A stretch of DNA of 64,000 nucleotides from Felis catus (lineage: Eukaryota), in the NCBI RefSeq assembly GCF_018350175.1, contig NC_058368.1, forward strand, positions 80,044,001 through 80,108,000, read 5' to 3'. Shown here piece after piece: positions 11,066 to 23,479 of the stretch. The notes beneath the pieces were generated by a model. That model ran no database searches and was not told where the DNA came from. It saw only the letters and a program-made list of their open reading frames with translations. A program made the translations under genes and the position numbers. Within the stretch, counting starts at the first letter, position 1; each line of letters starts with the position of its first letter.

Positions 11066-11312
11066 TTTATTTTTTTTATTTTTTTTATTTTTTTATTAAA
11101 TTTTTTTTTCAACGTTTATTTATTTTTGGGACAGAGAGAGACATAGCATGAACGGGGGAGGGGCAGAGAGAGAGGGAGACACAGAATCGGAAACAGGCTC
11201 CAGGCTCTGAGCCATCAGCCCAGAGCCCGACGCGGGGCTCGAACTCACGGACCGTGAGATTGTGACCTGGCTGAAGTCGGACGCTTAACCGACTGCGCCA
11301 CCCAGGCGCCCC
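11066..11312 (-). mobile_element. Can-SINE (SINEC_Fc-like, young, CpGs intact)
   Basis: Reverse complement of the GGGGCGCCTGGGTGGCGCAGTCGGTTAAGCGTCCGACTT head, CT-rich body and A-tail. TSD CAGGCCAAAGTTTTCTT. Confidence 0.95.
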
Positions 11313-12489
11313 CAGGCCAAAGTTTTCTTAAAGCTCAAGTCTGTCTCTTTGTCGTCTCCACGTGTCCTGGTTGAGGAAGGTGAAAGCCTAGGTGCTGGAA
11401 CCCTTGACTCTTATGGTCCTTAGGCATACACGACAGGTAGGACTTGGCCCAGAGTCATGAGTCAGAGTGGCAGACACACTCTGTGAGAAGGAGGAGGACC
11501 TAGAAAGGCCATGCTGAATCGTGCTGAGAGCGTGTGCCCTGGTGTGCTGTCTCCACACCCCTTGGCCCTAAAACCACTTTTCTAATACCCTGGTTTTCTT
11601 CCTGGGGATGGTGGAAGTCTCATGAGTCTCACGTGGGACTGATCCTAACACTGGTAAGGGCTTCATGGCAGAAGACTGGACTCATAAATGGTGCTCTCCC
11701 CTGGTCCCGCAGATCCTGGGCCCCAGTTTCCAGACTTAGAACGGGAAGAGAGCCTCCCTTGCCTGTTACAGAGGCAGGCGCCGGCCCCTGTGCCTTCCTC
11801 CAAAAACGCTTAGATGCGGCCCGTTCCCCTGAGCATCTGCCCTCTGACTCATGATGGGACTGAGAGCGTTCACTGTCTGGCCATGCTTCCCAGAGCACGG
11901 ACCTTGGACCCCTCCGCCCTCCTGGGGAGGCTGGTTCGCTCCCAGTCTAGGTCTTCTGGTCAGGCTTTCTGGGATGGAGCCTGGAGGTGCATTCTACTTG
12001 ACGCCCAAGTTTGGGAACCACTGAATTAGAGTGTTGGGTAGGGAGGCGGTTGGAGTCACTTGCCATTTTGAGTCGTTTTACTAGAGGCTTATGGGTGTAT
12101 ATAGTCTTCAACAAATAGGCAGTTTGTTGTATTCAACATCGGCCCTTCTACTTATTAACTTCTTGTTGACCTCTGGCTTTAGTAGGTATTACCTTGGTTC
12201 TTAACGATATCCATTAAGAAATAGGTCTTCTTTGTGGCAAGTTTATCTCCTCCCCTGTTTGTCTACTAGGCTCCAGAACCCCTGCCTCATTGCCCATTTG
12301 AGCCAAGGACTCTTCCCCGGGGTAGGTCAGGTCAGAAAAAAGGGGGCTTCTCTTTTAGCTGGAAGAGCTTTGTAGCAGAAGCAGCTGAAAACAGTTACCG
12401 AAGAGAGTAGGCAGTTATTTATATGGGCCTACTTGTGGGCCTTCTCCACATGTCTTGGTCCACAGGCCTCATGGGAAACACACTGCGTC

Positions 12490-12612
12490 TACCTGAGTAG
12501 GTAACTATTATTACCTCCAATTTACAGATGAGAAAACAGAGGCACAATGTGTTTAGACAGCTTGCTCAAGGTCTCTCTCTTTGTCAGTGCCGATGTGGGG
12601 TTGGAACCCAGA
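12490..12612 (-). mobile_element. MIR fragment
   Basis: TATTATTACCTCCAATTTACAGATGAGAAAACAGAGGCAC...GCTCAAGGTC...GAACCCAG, the MIR core. Confidence 0.75.
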
Positions 12613-14357
12613 CACCTTCCCCACTAAGTGACCCGGGATCAGACTGTAAGTCAGTGGTGGGAACGCTCCTGAGTTTCAGGATTTGAGTCTTCTGCTTTCT
12701 CTTTGCTCTTGACCGTGACTGAGAGTAAAGCCCACACACTGGTTTCTGGAAAGGGAAATATCACTCCTCGTCCCCTGCTGCTTTGCTCGAAAGAGCGGGA
12801 GCCCAGAGCTAAGGCTGTCGGGCGAATGGACCCCAAAGCAACAGGCTGGAGCTTGGCATGGGGCAAGTGTGTGAGGCATGTGCCGGGCTCCTGGGAGGGA
12901 AGGTTCCTGAGGTGGGGCCTTGTAGAGACTTGAAAGCCCTCTGCAGCCCATGCTGAGCTGGTGCTGAGTTGTTACTTATCTCAAGAGATGGGGCAGCAGC
13001 CTTGAAGATCTAAGAGCCCGTCTGGTGTGATTCTGGGATGAAGAGAATTCCAGAGAACAAAGGCCTTCCCTGAGATCAAATATACCGTGGGCCGGGCTGA
13101 CCCTGCGACCTCAGCTGGGGAGACCGGCTGCACACTGTAGATTCTCCCAGGTATTAGGGTGCAGCCAGGGGGGCCTGGTGGTGCAGGTGCTGTGCCCACC
13201 CCAGGAAGTGCTGGGCTCCACACTGTCTTCAGCACCAGCTTCAACCTCCAGGCCCCTTCCAGGGCTCCAAGCCCTGGAAAATTTATGGGATGCTTCTGCA
13301 AGCAGCCATACCTTTCTCTCCCCCTCGCAAAAAAAAAAAAACAAAAAAAAAAAACAGCAATGTATTCTGAGGTTTTCTCCTCTCCCTTGGCTTGTTGGTA
13401 AGCTATAAAGAATGTGTGGTCCTGAGATGCCTCCAGTGCGCGACACAGGAATCCAGGAGAGCGCTTCTTTCCCACAATTCCTAGAGCACTAGTCCCATTG
13501 TTGGAAATCTGGGCCCCTAAGAAGAAGGGAAATATCACAGGCTTCCTCCTCTGTTTGTGGAAAAACAAGCAGGAAGCATGGATCCAGCTCTCTGGAGGCC
13601 AGGAAAGCAGACCTCCCTGGGTGGCCGGTATGACTTGGCCACAGTCAGTGACAGGAGGAATTTGTCATAGTGTCGCAGAACTAAAATCGGCCGCAAAGGA
13701 CAGACACAGGGACACAGCCCTCGCACTGCCTCACTGTCTGTGGGATGGTTTGGAGCCAGAGAGAGGGAGAAAGTGAAAAGTTCTCAAGTAGAAAACAAAG
13801 ACTTTGCTAAAATGGGAAACACAGAAAGGATGGTCTTTCTGGAGAAAGGATTAAAAAACAATGGGTGACAAGCTTCAACCAAATAGAGAATGTGAGGGAA
13901 GTTGGGGTGGTCTTGACTCACAAGGTGGTTTTAGAGCGTCTGTTCTTTTACTCCGAGAAAGAATATTTATCTCTGATGAGGAAGCTTTAGTGAAAGGTCT
14001 GTAGCCGCGTCTTGCTATATCTGCTGGGGTCGGTGGTCGTCATCACCGCCGCTAAAGGCTGATTTGGCTTGCAAACCAGGCAGTCTGTGCAGTGGCTGGT
14101 GGCCCCTGGAAACCACTGGCCACACAGGAGTCTTGGGGGCACGGAGCCCCCACCCCCGCCTGGCTACTAACTGGTTGTTTGCCCCCAGAACAAGTCACCT
14201 GACACCTTGGTTCTGGGGCGTGGGGAAGGCGAGGAGTCGTGTTGCAGGGTGCCAGTGCTGGGGCGCTCCAGTGTCCACACCCAGTGCAGACCCTTCCCTG
14301 TGTGCTGAGCTGGCTCCCACCCTTCCCAGCTGCGACCCTGCCACGGGAACACTTTTC

Positions 14358-14582
14358 TTTTTTTTTTCTTTTTTTTCTTTTTTTTTAACGTTTATTTATT
14401 TTTGAGACAGAGACAGAGCATGAACGGGGAGGGTCAGAGAGAGGGAGACACAGAATCCAAAACAGGCTCCAGGCTCTGAGCCATCAGCCCAGAGCCTGAC
14501 ACGGGGCTTGAACTCACGGAGCGCGAGATCATGACCTGAGCCGAAGTCGGCCGCTTAACCGACTGAGCCACCCAGGCGCCCC
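14358..14582 (-). mobile_element. Can-SINE (SINEC_Fc-like)
   Basis: Full head and tail. TSD GGGAAC(A/G)CTTTTC at 14345-14357 and 14587-14599. Confidence 0.95.
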
Positions 14583-14649
14583 TAGGGGGAACGCTTTTCC
14601 AGGTACGCACGTACGCTGCTCCAGAATGTGACTTAAAAATAAATATGTT

Positions 14650-14879
14650 GGGGCACCTGGGTGGCTCAGTTGGTAAAGCATCTGACTTCAGCTCAGGTCA
14701 TGATCTCGCAGTTTGTGGGTTCGAGCCCCACGTCAGGCTCTGTGACATCTCGGAACCTGGAGCCTGTTTCAGATTCTGTGTCTCCCTCTCTTTCTGCCCC
14801 TCCTCTGCTTGCACACGTGCTCTCTCTCTCTCTCTCTCTCAAAAATAAATAAAAGCATTAAAAAATTAAAAAAAAAAAT
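14650..14879 (+). mobile_element. Can-SINE
   Basis: GGGGCACCTGGGTGGCTCAGTTGG head, (CT)n, AATAAA-rich tail. Confidence 0.95.
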
Positions 14880-15369
14880 AAACATACTGCATTAGACTTT
14901 TTATCTTCAGGGCCTGAGAAGCCTCTGGAATTGAGTGAATGGGACGTAATCAGCTGAGATGAGAGCAGGCAGGTTTTTGGTAGGTTACCTTTTGCCCTGG
15001 TAGCTGAACCCTCAGTTAATAAGACTCTTCCGGGTCAGATAAAGGCCTAAGTGACTCACTAACCATGATGTCAGTGGCTTCTAACACTGAATGAATGAAT
15101 GAAAAAGGGGATGTCTAGTCTTAGGGGGGCCCCACAAGTTTCTCCAGTCCCGTCCACATGGTCAGGAGTGCGCTTCAAAGGAAGCCCAAATCCCAGCAGC
15201 ATCCCTGCAAGCTCAGCCCCACCCACCGGCTCTGGCCTCCTTGTGCTGGGTGCCCCCCCATTTCCCAGCACTCAGCCGGGCTCCTGGTGCACACAGCGGG
15301 CTCTGATGCTGTGAGGGAGTCTGCCTTTCCAAGCAACGGGTTCTTTTGTAAATAGGCTCCCCTAAGTTC

Positions 15370-15605
15370 AGTGTGGTATCCTGGATTGGATCTTGGAAGA
15401 GAGAAAGAACGTTAGTGGAAAAAACTGGCAAAAGCCTAGTAGTGTCTATAGTTTATCAACGCACTCAACGTTAATGTCTTGTTTTGACAAAACGCACCGA
15501 GGTTATCGAAGATGCTGACGTAGCATCATCATTCTTGATGGAGGGTGTGTGGGGACCCTCTGCACTGTCTGTGCACCTTTTCCACAGATGTAAATATTTC
15601 CAAGT
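15370..15605 (+). mobile_element. Old L1 3' UTR fragment (L1MC/MD-like)
   Basis: TGTGGTATCCTGGATTGGATCTTGGAA...GGACCCTCTGCACTGTCT..TTTTCC..TGTAAATATTTCCAA resembles L1MC/MD termini. Confidence 0.65.
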
Positions 15606-16660
15606 CAACACCTGCTCTCAGAAGCCACGGGGCAGCCTCCTTGGGCGAGCACATGCCAGGCGGACGAGAGGAAGCTGAAAAGCGGCAGGTCTTGTACTAG
15701 AGAGCAGCAGGTGTGGCCAGCACGAGGGAAATAGTGTTCCCATCTCTCTCCAATAGACTAAGTAACAAAAGGCACTCGTGTGTGCTTGGAGGTACGGCAG
15801 AAGCAGCCCTTCCCTGGCCAAGAGCTTCTGTCCCCCTAACTCGGGTGGAGTGCTTTCCAAAGACAGGGGAGAAGAGGCATCCCGATGGAGTTTCCATGAC
15901 TCGGTCTGTTGTTGGGGCTCCAGGGTGAGCCACGGCAGCCCCCCATCCTTGACTGACTGCCCGGGGAGGAAGCCGTAGTAGTTCTTTCCAGACCTTGCGG
16001 TGGCAGGACAGGTCAGCACGATGGTGCCACTCTCAGAAAGACATTGAACACGGCTGGCTCATGCCCTGGCCCCTGCTAATTTGTCAGGCCGGCATCCGTA
16101 AGCCCTTGGGCACTGCATATGCAAGGAGAGCCCCACCCCCACCTTCTACACCTAGAAAACCCTGTGGACAGCCGGGTGGGAAAGCGGCTCAGCCTGGGGT
16201 GTCCGGGGTCCTGGAGCCCCGTCTGTGCAGGCTCCCGGCATCGCCACCGGCCCCGTGACAGAGCTTGGAGTGCCACCAGCCACATCTCCAAGTGGCCATA
16301 CCTTCCACTCTAGTCATGGGCTGTGGGAAAGGGCCAGCAGCAAGGATGGCCAGTGGCCAGCTGCTGTCACCTCACACATTAACCTCTGTCACCACCCTGC
16401 AGGAACAGAGCAGCCCCTGGCCCTTGGCCCTGGCCCCTTCTGTTTTGTAGCTGCCCGCACACCCTGTCCCCTCGCTGTAGCCCACAGCCCCGTCACACAG
16501 AGGACACCCTGCCCCCTTGCCCAAGAGGCAGAGGTCAGAAGGCCTGCACCCGCCCAGCCGGAGCCTCTGTCCCTTGGAAATGAGACCCATTTAGGGGTCT
16601 AATTAAAGTGCCCTCTCAGACTGCCAGGACTTAGAATAGCATTAGATATTAATGATTGTA

Positions 16661-16897
16661 GGGGCGCCTGGATGGCACAGTCGGTTGAGCATCCAACTCT
16701 TGATTTCGGCTCAGGTCATGATCCCAGGGTCGTAGGATCAAGCCCCAAGTTGGGCTCCATGCTGAGCATGAAGCCTGCTTGGAATTCTCCTTCCTTCTCT
16801 GCCCCTGCCCCTCTCCTGCTCTCTCTCTCTCTCTTCCTCTGTCTCTGTCTCTCTCTCTCTCTTTCTCTCTCTCTCTCAAATAATAAAATTTAAAAAG
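16661..16897 (+). mobile_element. Can-SINE
   Basis: GGGGCGCCTGGATGGCACAGTCGG head, (CT)n, A-rich tail. Degenerate TSD AGATATT(AAT/CAA)GATT. Confidence 0.93.
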
Positions 16898-17929
16898 ATA
16901 TTCAAGATTTCAAATTATCTTTCATAACCCATGTAGACATCCAACACTTTCTTCACTCATCCTCGACGTAACTGCTGCTGCCACAATCCAAAGTTTAGGG
17001 CGCGTTTCGTCTGGGGTTTGTTCACAGATACATCGTTTGCTCTGGGGCCTGAAACACAGTAGGCCTTCAATAAAGTGTTCCAGAAATGAGTGGCGATGCA
17101 GTTAGTTGAAAGTGTTCCAACACACCTTTTGGGTGAGAAATACAGTCACGGAACAACGAATAAAAGATTAGATTAAAATGTAGCTTTTCTCACTGGGGGG
17201 GGGGGGGGTCCCAAATTAAGCGCTGCCCCCGCTGGATAGCACTAGCTGAGTGTGATGCTAATGGATGTGTTGATCTGTCTGTGAAGGATTTGCATTTTTT
17301 CCTGGGGATTGTTTCAGCCCCACCCATGAAATTCCTATGTTGCTGCTTTTGCCCAGTTCGGCGATCTCCCATGTGGGAACTACAGAAGAGTGGGTGTTCT
17401 GGAATTCCATGCACTAATTTTCTGGGACCTGGTAGAAATGACGTAACAATATGTCTGCGTGTCGAGCACTCTCAGATCTGTGACTGTCTTTGTGGAGTAA
17501 TGAGGGCCCCAGGAGAACGGAGGATATGCTCCCTGGGATGCCTCCACGGCTCCGGCTTGTCCGTCAGAGAACAGACAGGCTGATTAGCAGTGGCGGTGCA
17601 GTGACCGCGCGCTGGTGGGAGGGAGGACGCAGGAAACCGGCCAGTGCCACGGGCCCTGCTGGGCACACTTCCCTCCCCCTCTGCCCGCACCCGGTGGCCT
17701 CTGGCTCCAGGTTGGAGAGAAGGAAGGGGCCCCTGGGAGGGCTCGTGGGATCTCCTGGGATCAGAAATCAGAAAGAGGGATCCCCGAAGGTGCTCCCAGG
17801 GCTCCAGAAACCCCAGGAACAACTAAAATATCCCAGAAATACAGCAGCCACTGCCTGCTGGTCACATCAGTGCCAGGAACTGAGCTAAGCCACCAACACA
17901 TAGTACCTGCTAAATGCCCACAGCACTGC

Positions 17930-18065
17930 GATTGCCCCACTTTACAGGTGTGCAGACTGAGGCACACCCAGGTGAGGGCACGTCTCATGGCCAGTAAGCA
18001 GTGAGGCTGGGAGCGAAGTCCAGGACTTGGTTATTCCAAGACCTCTGCTCTCAACCACTGTGCTA
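17930..18065 (-). mobile_element. MIR fragment
   Basis: CCCCACTTTACAGGTGTGCAGACTGAGGCAC...CTCTCAACCACTGTGCT. Confidence 0.65.
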
Positions 18066-18189
18066 GGCTGACAAGTCCCTCGTCACAGAATACGAACACA
18101 TACGCAAGATACACACAGCGTGGGACACATAAAGCATACGTATGCCCATCACGTGGGAGATCGGTGTGTCTGCTATTTATCTGCAGAGA

Positions 18190-18400
18190 GTATGGATGGG
18201 TGATAGATGTAGGTGCTAGCTAGACAGAGGTGATAGAGACAGACTAGATACAGACGTAGACTGATGATGGATAGATAGACTGATGGGTGGATTATGGACG
18301 TAGATGATTGATAGGTTACAGAGAGAGATGGATAGATAGGTAGGTAAATAGGTAGATGGACGATATGGGTGGAGTCAGACAGATCATGGATAAACAGAGA
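18190..18400. repeat. Degenerate (GATA/GATG/GACA)n tetranucleotide low-complexity repeat
   Basis: Seen directly. Confidence 0.8.
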
Positions 18401-19574
18401 ACAGTAGGGTACACACTCACACACACGGCCATGGATACTCCTGCCTCCTTTCCCCACAAGGGCTGCCCAGCGGAAGGAGGGGGGCATGCCTGTCTCTAGG
18501 GAACTGTCAGGCAGACCTGTTCTTTCCAGGGGCCCCTCTGCAGAGAGGCCGGCCTGTGCACATAGGTGACTGAGTGGCTTGTGGACCCCCAAGAAGGGGA
18601 CTGGACAGGTGGCAGTCCAGACAGGATGACCCAGAGAGGCCCGAATGGGCAGTGGGGAATCCCAGCCACAGACAGAACTCCTGGAAATCTCTTTCTCCAG
18701 GTCCTTTTGGAGATTCCAGGCCGTGGAGGCGTGTGGATGACGGCTTTGTAAAGTGGGGAGGGTCGCGTAAGCACGGCATTATCTCCAGCAGATGAGGAGG
18801 CTATGGGGAAAGTGTTAGTCTTAACTTGGAGAAGGGTTCACCGAACCCTCCTGGGGAGTAAGGGCCCTCCCCAAATTATGCTGACTGTGCAGAGACCCCT
18901 GGACCGCAGTGGAATGAAGACAGGGTCCCTTTCTCCTGGGTGGTGCCAATTCCCGGCTTTCACGGCAGTGTTTTCGTTCTGATCCTTCTGCATTGAGTTT
19001 CCCACATGCCAGCTGGCAGGCGGGTGTGGTCGGTCAGGCAGAGCTGGAGCTTCTGGGGTTGGGGCCAGTGACCAGGAGAAGTCACTTCTCCTCTCTGAGC
19101 CTTTTCTTCTGGGTAAAACAGGAATGCTGGTAACCATGGTGCAAGGTCGCGGTGAGATGGTTTTTGTGTAATTCGTTCACCAAGTGAATGTGTTGGATTG
19201 TCCTGGGAGCCGTTAGGTACATGGATCCTCCCGGGGGCTCAGGTCTGGGTCCAGAGTGAGACAGGCCAGGGGCAGTGGATGGGGGCGTGCAGAGCACAGT
19301 TGGGGGGGGGGGTGTTGTCCAACTGTGTGACAATGTTTGAAGTTGAATATGCCACCTGGGATCGTCCCTGCTTAGAGAGGAAGCTCGCTGTGTGAGACAA
19401 AGTTTCTCTCTCCTTTGGCGAGTAGGCCTTATGGTACCTCAGATCCACACGGTTGTGGTCGTCAGCAAACCTGTAGAAGGCAGACTCGAGACCCAGAGCC
19501 GTGGTCTGTTCCACGGCACGTGGAAGAGTGAGTGGGACCGTGGTGTCGGTCTTTGCAGAGGAAGGCCAGCTTGG

Positions 19575-19770
19575 GTCTGGAGTTCGAAGTGTGATCTGCT
19601 ACTTCCTGGCTGCACGACTTTGGGCAAAGCTACTGAGCCTTCAAGCTTTAACTGCTTTTCTAAAGTTGGAATAAAAATAGTTCTGCCTTGTAAGTGTGCT
19701 CTCAGGGAAAAAGAAATCGCATATAAAGATCTTAGCAATTTTAGCCTTGTAGGGCTTGATAAATGCTGGC
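19575..19770 (+). mobile_element. MIR fragment
   Basis: CTACTTCCTGGCTGCACGACTTTGGGCAAAG..CTGAGCCTTC..TAAAGTTGGAATAAAAATAG. Confidence 0.55.
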
Positions 19771-19806
19771 CAATGGCTACCTGGTTTTAGGATTTTTTTT
19801 TAATTA

Positions 19807-19966
19807 GGGGCACCTGGGTGGCTCAGTCAGTTACGTGTCTGACTTCGGCTCAGGTCATGATCTCACCGTTCGTGGTTCGCACCCCATGTCTGGGTCTGTG
19901 CTGACAGCTCAGAACCTGGAGCCTACTTCGGATTCTGTGTCTCCCTCTCTCTCTGACCCTCCCCTG

Positions 19967-20012
<46 letters not shown>

Positions 20013-20045
20013 GTCTCTAAATTAAGTAAACATTAAAAAAATTTT
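19807..20045 (+). mobile_element. Can-SINE
   Basis: Head GGGGCACCTGGGTGGCTCAGTCAG, long (CT)n, AAACATTAAAAAA tail. Confidence 0.93.
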
Positions 20046-21804
20046 AATTAAATATGGGTGGGTCTTCTTCCTCAAAACATGAAAACGTGAAGCCACAGAA
20101 ACAGGTTAAGTGCTATGAGAATCTGGGGACAGAACAGCTGTTGCCTCACTGCCCCCACAGGGCGCTCTCTGACTGGGGCCTCCAAGGCAGGGGACTGGGT
20201 CTTGCCCAGCTCACAAGCTGGGACAGGGGAGAGGTGGGCTGGGACACCAGGCCAGCAGGGCTGAGACATACGGGAGGAATCGTGGGGAGTAAGGTCCACA
20301 TCTTTGGCGCTGAGACCCCACCGTGTTCGCACAGCCTGGCAGGGAGCAGCCGTGACCCCAGCAAGTGACCTGTGGACACCAGAAGGCCCACGAGGCGACA
20401 CGGGCATAGGGGCATCTTCCCAAAGCCTTTGGACAGTTGTTTCCATTTTCTGGAGTTTGATAAATGTCAACGAAGGAAAGAATTTTAATTTTAATCAAAG
20501 TTAGGTCAAGGTGTAACTAAATTATTTCCAGAACGAATGGAAAGACTTACAAAGAACATTTTGTTCAAATAATTCTGAGACCCAAGTATAATTTAACAAA
20601 GCAAGAAGACTCCAGAGATTTGGGTTTGGCGAGGCAGCATAGAAAATACCCAGTAAAATCCGAGGATAGGGTTTCTCTCTTGGAAGAGCCCAAAGATCCC
20701 CCCTGCCATTTCCTGGCAGGGTGGGCAGGTCACACAGACCGACCTGTTTCCTCCTGAGCGCCCAGGTGAGGAAGGCCAGTGGGTGGAAGGTTCCAGCTGG
20801 GAATTTCATGGAGGAAGCCCACCTCCTTCCCTTTCTTCCTTACTTGGTCATTGTCCTAACATTGTCCCAACTGTAACAACCTCGCAAGTTACAACACAGC
20901 GCCAAGCTGGGCCCAGATCGTCTCCTTCCGATCTGAACGCCACCTTCGTTTCCTGCTTATTCCTACCAGGTTTCGTGGGGCCCCCCCACCCCCCACCAAG
21001 ACAATCTTAGCTCAGACAGGATTTCCTTCATCTTAGTCACCAGGTTTTATGGTCCAGCCTCCCCTTCCCGTTGCAAAACAGGGAATGGTAACAGCAAAGA
21101 GTCTGAAATGACTTGTCGATCTCATGCCAGCACGGGGAGACATCAGTTTTTGTGTGTGCTGACCCAACAGCGAGATACCAGAGGTTGGAAAAAATAAATG
21201 TATTTCTTGCCACAGCGAGCCTTCTTCAGCCGCCCGCCCTTGGCTGTCATAAAACTGCAAAAGGGCAGACACACTCATTTTAATTGCATTTCGAGAAAGC
21301 TGCAAAGTTTAAACAAAGAGGACAGTCGTAGCAAAAATCATTCATGTTGAAAATGAAGGCTCGTAAATGCTGACATTTCCAGGTCTGGTTCCCACCCTCG
21401 CGGAACACACGCCCTCAGGGCACGACACGAGGCATTTCCTGGGGCTTCGAAGGAGAATGCGGTTCCCATCTCCTCCTGTAGGGTTCTGGGAGGAACCTCA
21501 GCAGCTCGGTTATAGGAACCATGCATGGAGCTGTCAGATACGCTCTTGGTGGAAATAGAACCTGGCCCAAATCACTGGCTCCGGCTACCTGCGCAGGGCA
21601 GGATGTGTGCACAGAGCAAGCAAATTCAGTCCTTCACACCCCCAGCCCCTGGAAGGGGTGCCCATGCTGGCTGGCTGTCCCCGAGTACCAGTGTTAACAG
21701 CAAACCGCTCTGCTTTTCCGTTGACAGGAGATGACAGACAAAAATTTTCCTCTCCCAACTCACATCAGTGGAGTCCAATCAGGAAAAAAAGAGTAAAATT
21801 TCTC

Positions 21805-22010
21805 TTTTTTTAAGTTTATGTACTTATTTTGAGACAGAAAGATAGAGCAAGCAGCGGAAGGGGCAGAGAGAGGGAGAGAGAGAATCTCAAGCGGGCTCCA
21901 AGCTGTCAGGGCAGAGCCCGGCTTGGGGCTCGAACTCCCAAACCGTGAGATCATGACCTGGACGAGATCAAGAGTCAGACATTTAACTGACTGAGCCACC
22001 CGGGTGCCCC
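21805..22010 (-). mobile_element. Can-SINE
   Basis: Reverse-complement head ends ..GAGCCACCCGGGTGCCCC. Degenerate TSD TAAAA(T/C)TT(C/A)TCTTT. Confidence 0.93.
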
Positions 22011-22699
22011 TAAAACTTATCTTTGTAGATTCTATTTGATTTCTCATCGGTGCTCCAAAACGTCTCCACCAAGCTCCTGTGCTCTCCTAGATCTAAAACT
22101 TTGCTCAGAGCAGGTCTCTCCTCCTGCTCATATGTGTATGCACAATTTGCCTCTGGTTTCCCATGAAAGCAGGGACCTGGGCCTGGCAGGGCATTGGGAT
22201 CCCCGGGCGAACTTGTAAAATCCCATACTCTGAGTGGTCTGTTCTGGGCTGGGGCCAGACATCCACATTTCCACCTCTGGATTAAGCAGCAGTCCTCAAG
22301 GGGCTGGAGAATCTTCTAGAACGCTGGAACCCATCCCTCCCCAGGGTCATTGGGATTTATAACAGGCCCTAAGAAGACTATACAGGAATTCCAAAGCCCA
22401 TGCAGAGACTGACTTTGCCCTTAAGACCAAGACAATTTGCTCTGCTCCCCAGAAGCTCTGGTCCTCCAGTCCTGGGCTCTCTACCTGCTGAAGGCAGCCC
22501 CCATCCTGGGGACGTCCCACCCAGTGCACCCAGTGGGTACAATTCACACTTCATCCGAGCTCCCCCGGTGAGCCTGTGCTGCAATTTGGGGGTGATTTCT
22601 TTGCTCTCCAACCCGAGTGGTACCTAGAATAAATGACTCACTTTACTCCAGGGCGGGGAGGAGGTGTAAGATCATTCAGGCTCTCTCCTGATTTTTCTT

Positions 22700-22773
22700 T
22701 TTTTTTTTTTAATGTTTTATTTACTTTTTTAAGACAGAGAGAGCATGAGTGGGGATGGGGCAGAGAGAGAGGA
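22700..22773 (-). mobile_element. 5'-truncated Can-SINE (3' ~70 bp only) with 15-bp TSD
   Basis: Tail and GA-rich body only. Flanked by CTCC(T/C)GATTTTTCTT at 22685-22699 and 22774-22788. Confidence 0.85.
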
Positions 22774-23479
22774 CTCCCGATTTTTCTTGAACCCAGAAAC
22801 TCCTTACCCATGATGTAAAAGCAGATAAGAATAGTACTGACTCCTGTCTAGAAGTTCTAGAACACAGAATGGATGGACCCTGATAACTCAAATAACTGGC
22901 AAGCGTGGTTCTCTCAGAACAAATCTAACCCGGAGCCGTCTGCTTCTGTTTGTATGAAAACCGGAGCAAAAGCCAGAGCAGTGCCTCAAAGGAAAATAAG
23001 TTTGTTTAAAAGAAGATACACAAATATTTCATCCATGTTTAAGATTGCCTCTTTCTCCTTTTTGCAGTACCTTTAACAAATCTGTATTCTTCCAGTTCTT
23101 GAGTTAAGGACAAAAGAGTGTTTATTCAGGGAATATTTCTGCCTTCGTGGTGGTTTTTCTTCCTCATTGGGTTTAATTAACTAAAGTCCGTAAGAATAAA
23201 CATAGGAAAAAAAGGCAGCCTTGGTGAGGTTTCCTTTATTTAATTCCTCACATAAAAAAAAAAAAAAAAAAGTATTTTTCATCTGTATTCTTTCTGAGTA
23301 TTGTAAAAATTGGGTAAATTTCTTGAAATAAAAAGTAAGGTCTTGGTACATGATTCACATATCACATACGTCACAAACATATAGTGTTTGTAAAGTAATC
23401 ACTTGAAAACAGTCTTACTGATGTCACCTCGGATCTCTTGTATACATGGTACACACCTGTGTTGACTCTTGTACGTTTT

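Noticed and set aside
10948..11329. Three spaced direct repeats as a CRISPR-like array
   Set aside because: Eukaryotic intron; the spacers are retroelements with poly-A tails, so the repeats are target-site duplications.
12981..13568. ORFs with short Gly-Pro-Pro stretches (also 25893-26279 and 28916-29272) as extra collagen exons
   Set aside because: Only two or three Gly-X-Y triplets, no match to collagen IV sequence I know, and no convincing splice sites.
13967..13978. TTATCTCTGATG resembling a recalled mouse collagen IV enhancer motif
   Set aside because: It lies in COL4A2 intron 3 rather than COL4A1 intron 1, and the comparison rests on unverified memory.
14650..14730. tRNA-like A/B-box sequences
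   Set aside because: They are the tRNA-derived heads of Can-SINEs, not tRNA genes.
22308..22322. Three-unit HSE AGAATCTTCTAGAAC
   Set aside because: Nine fixed bases; roughly chance expectation in 64 kb.
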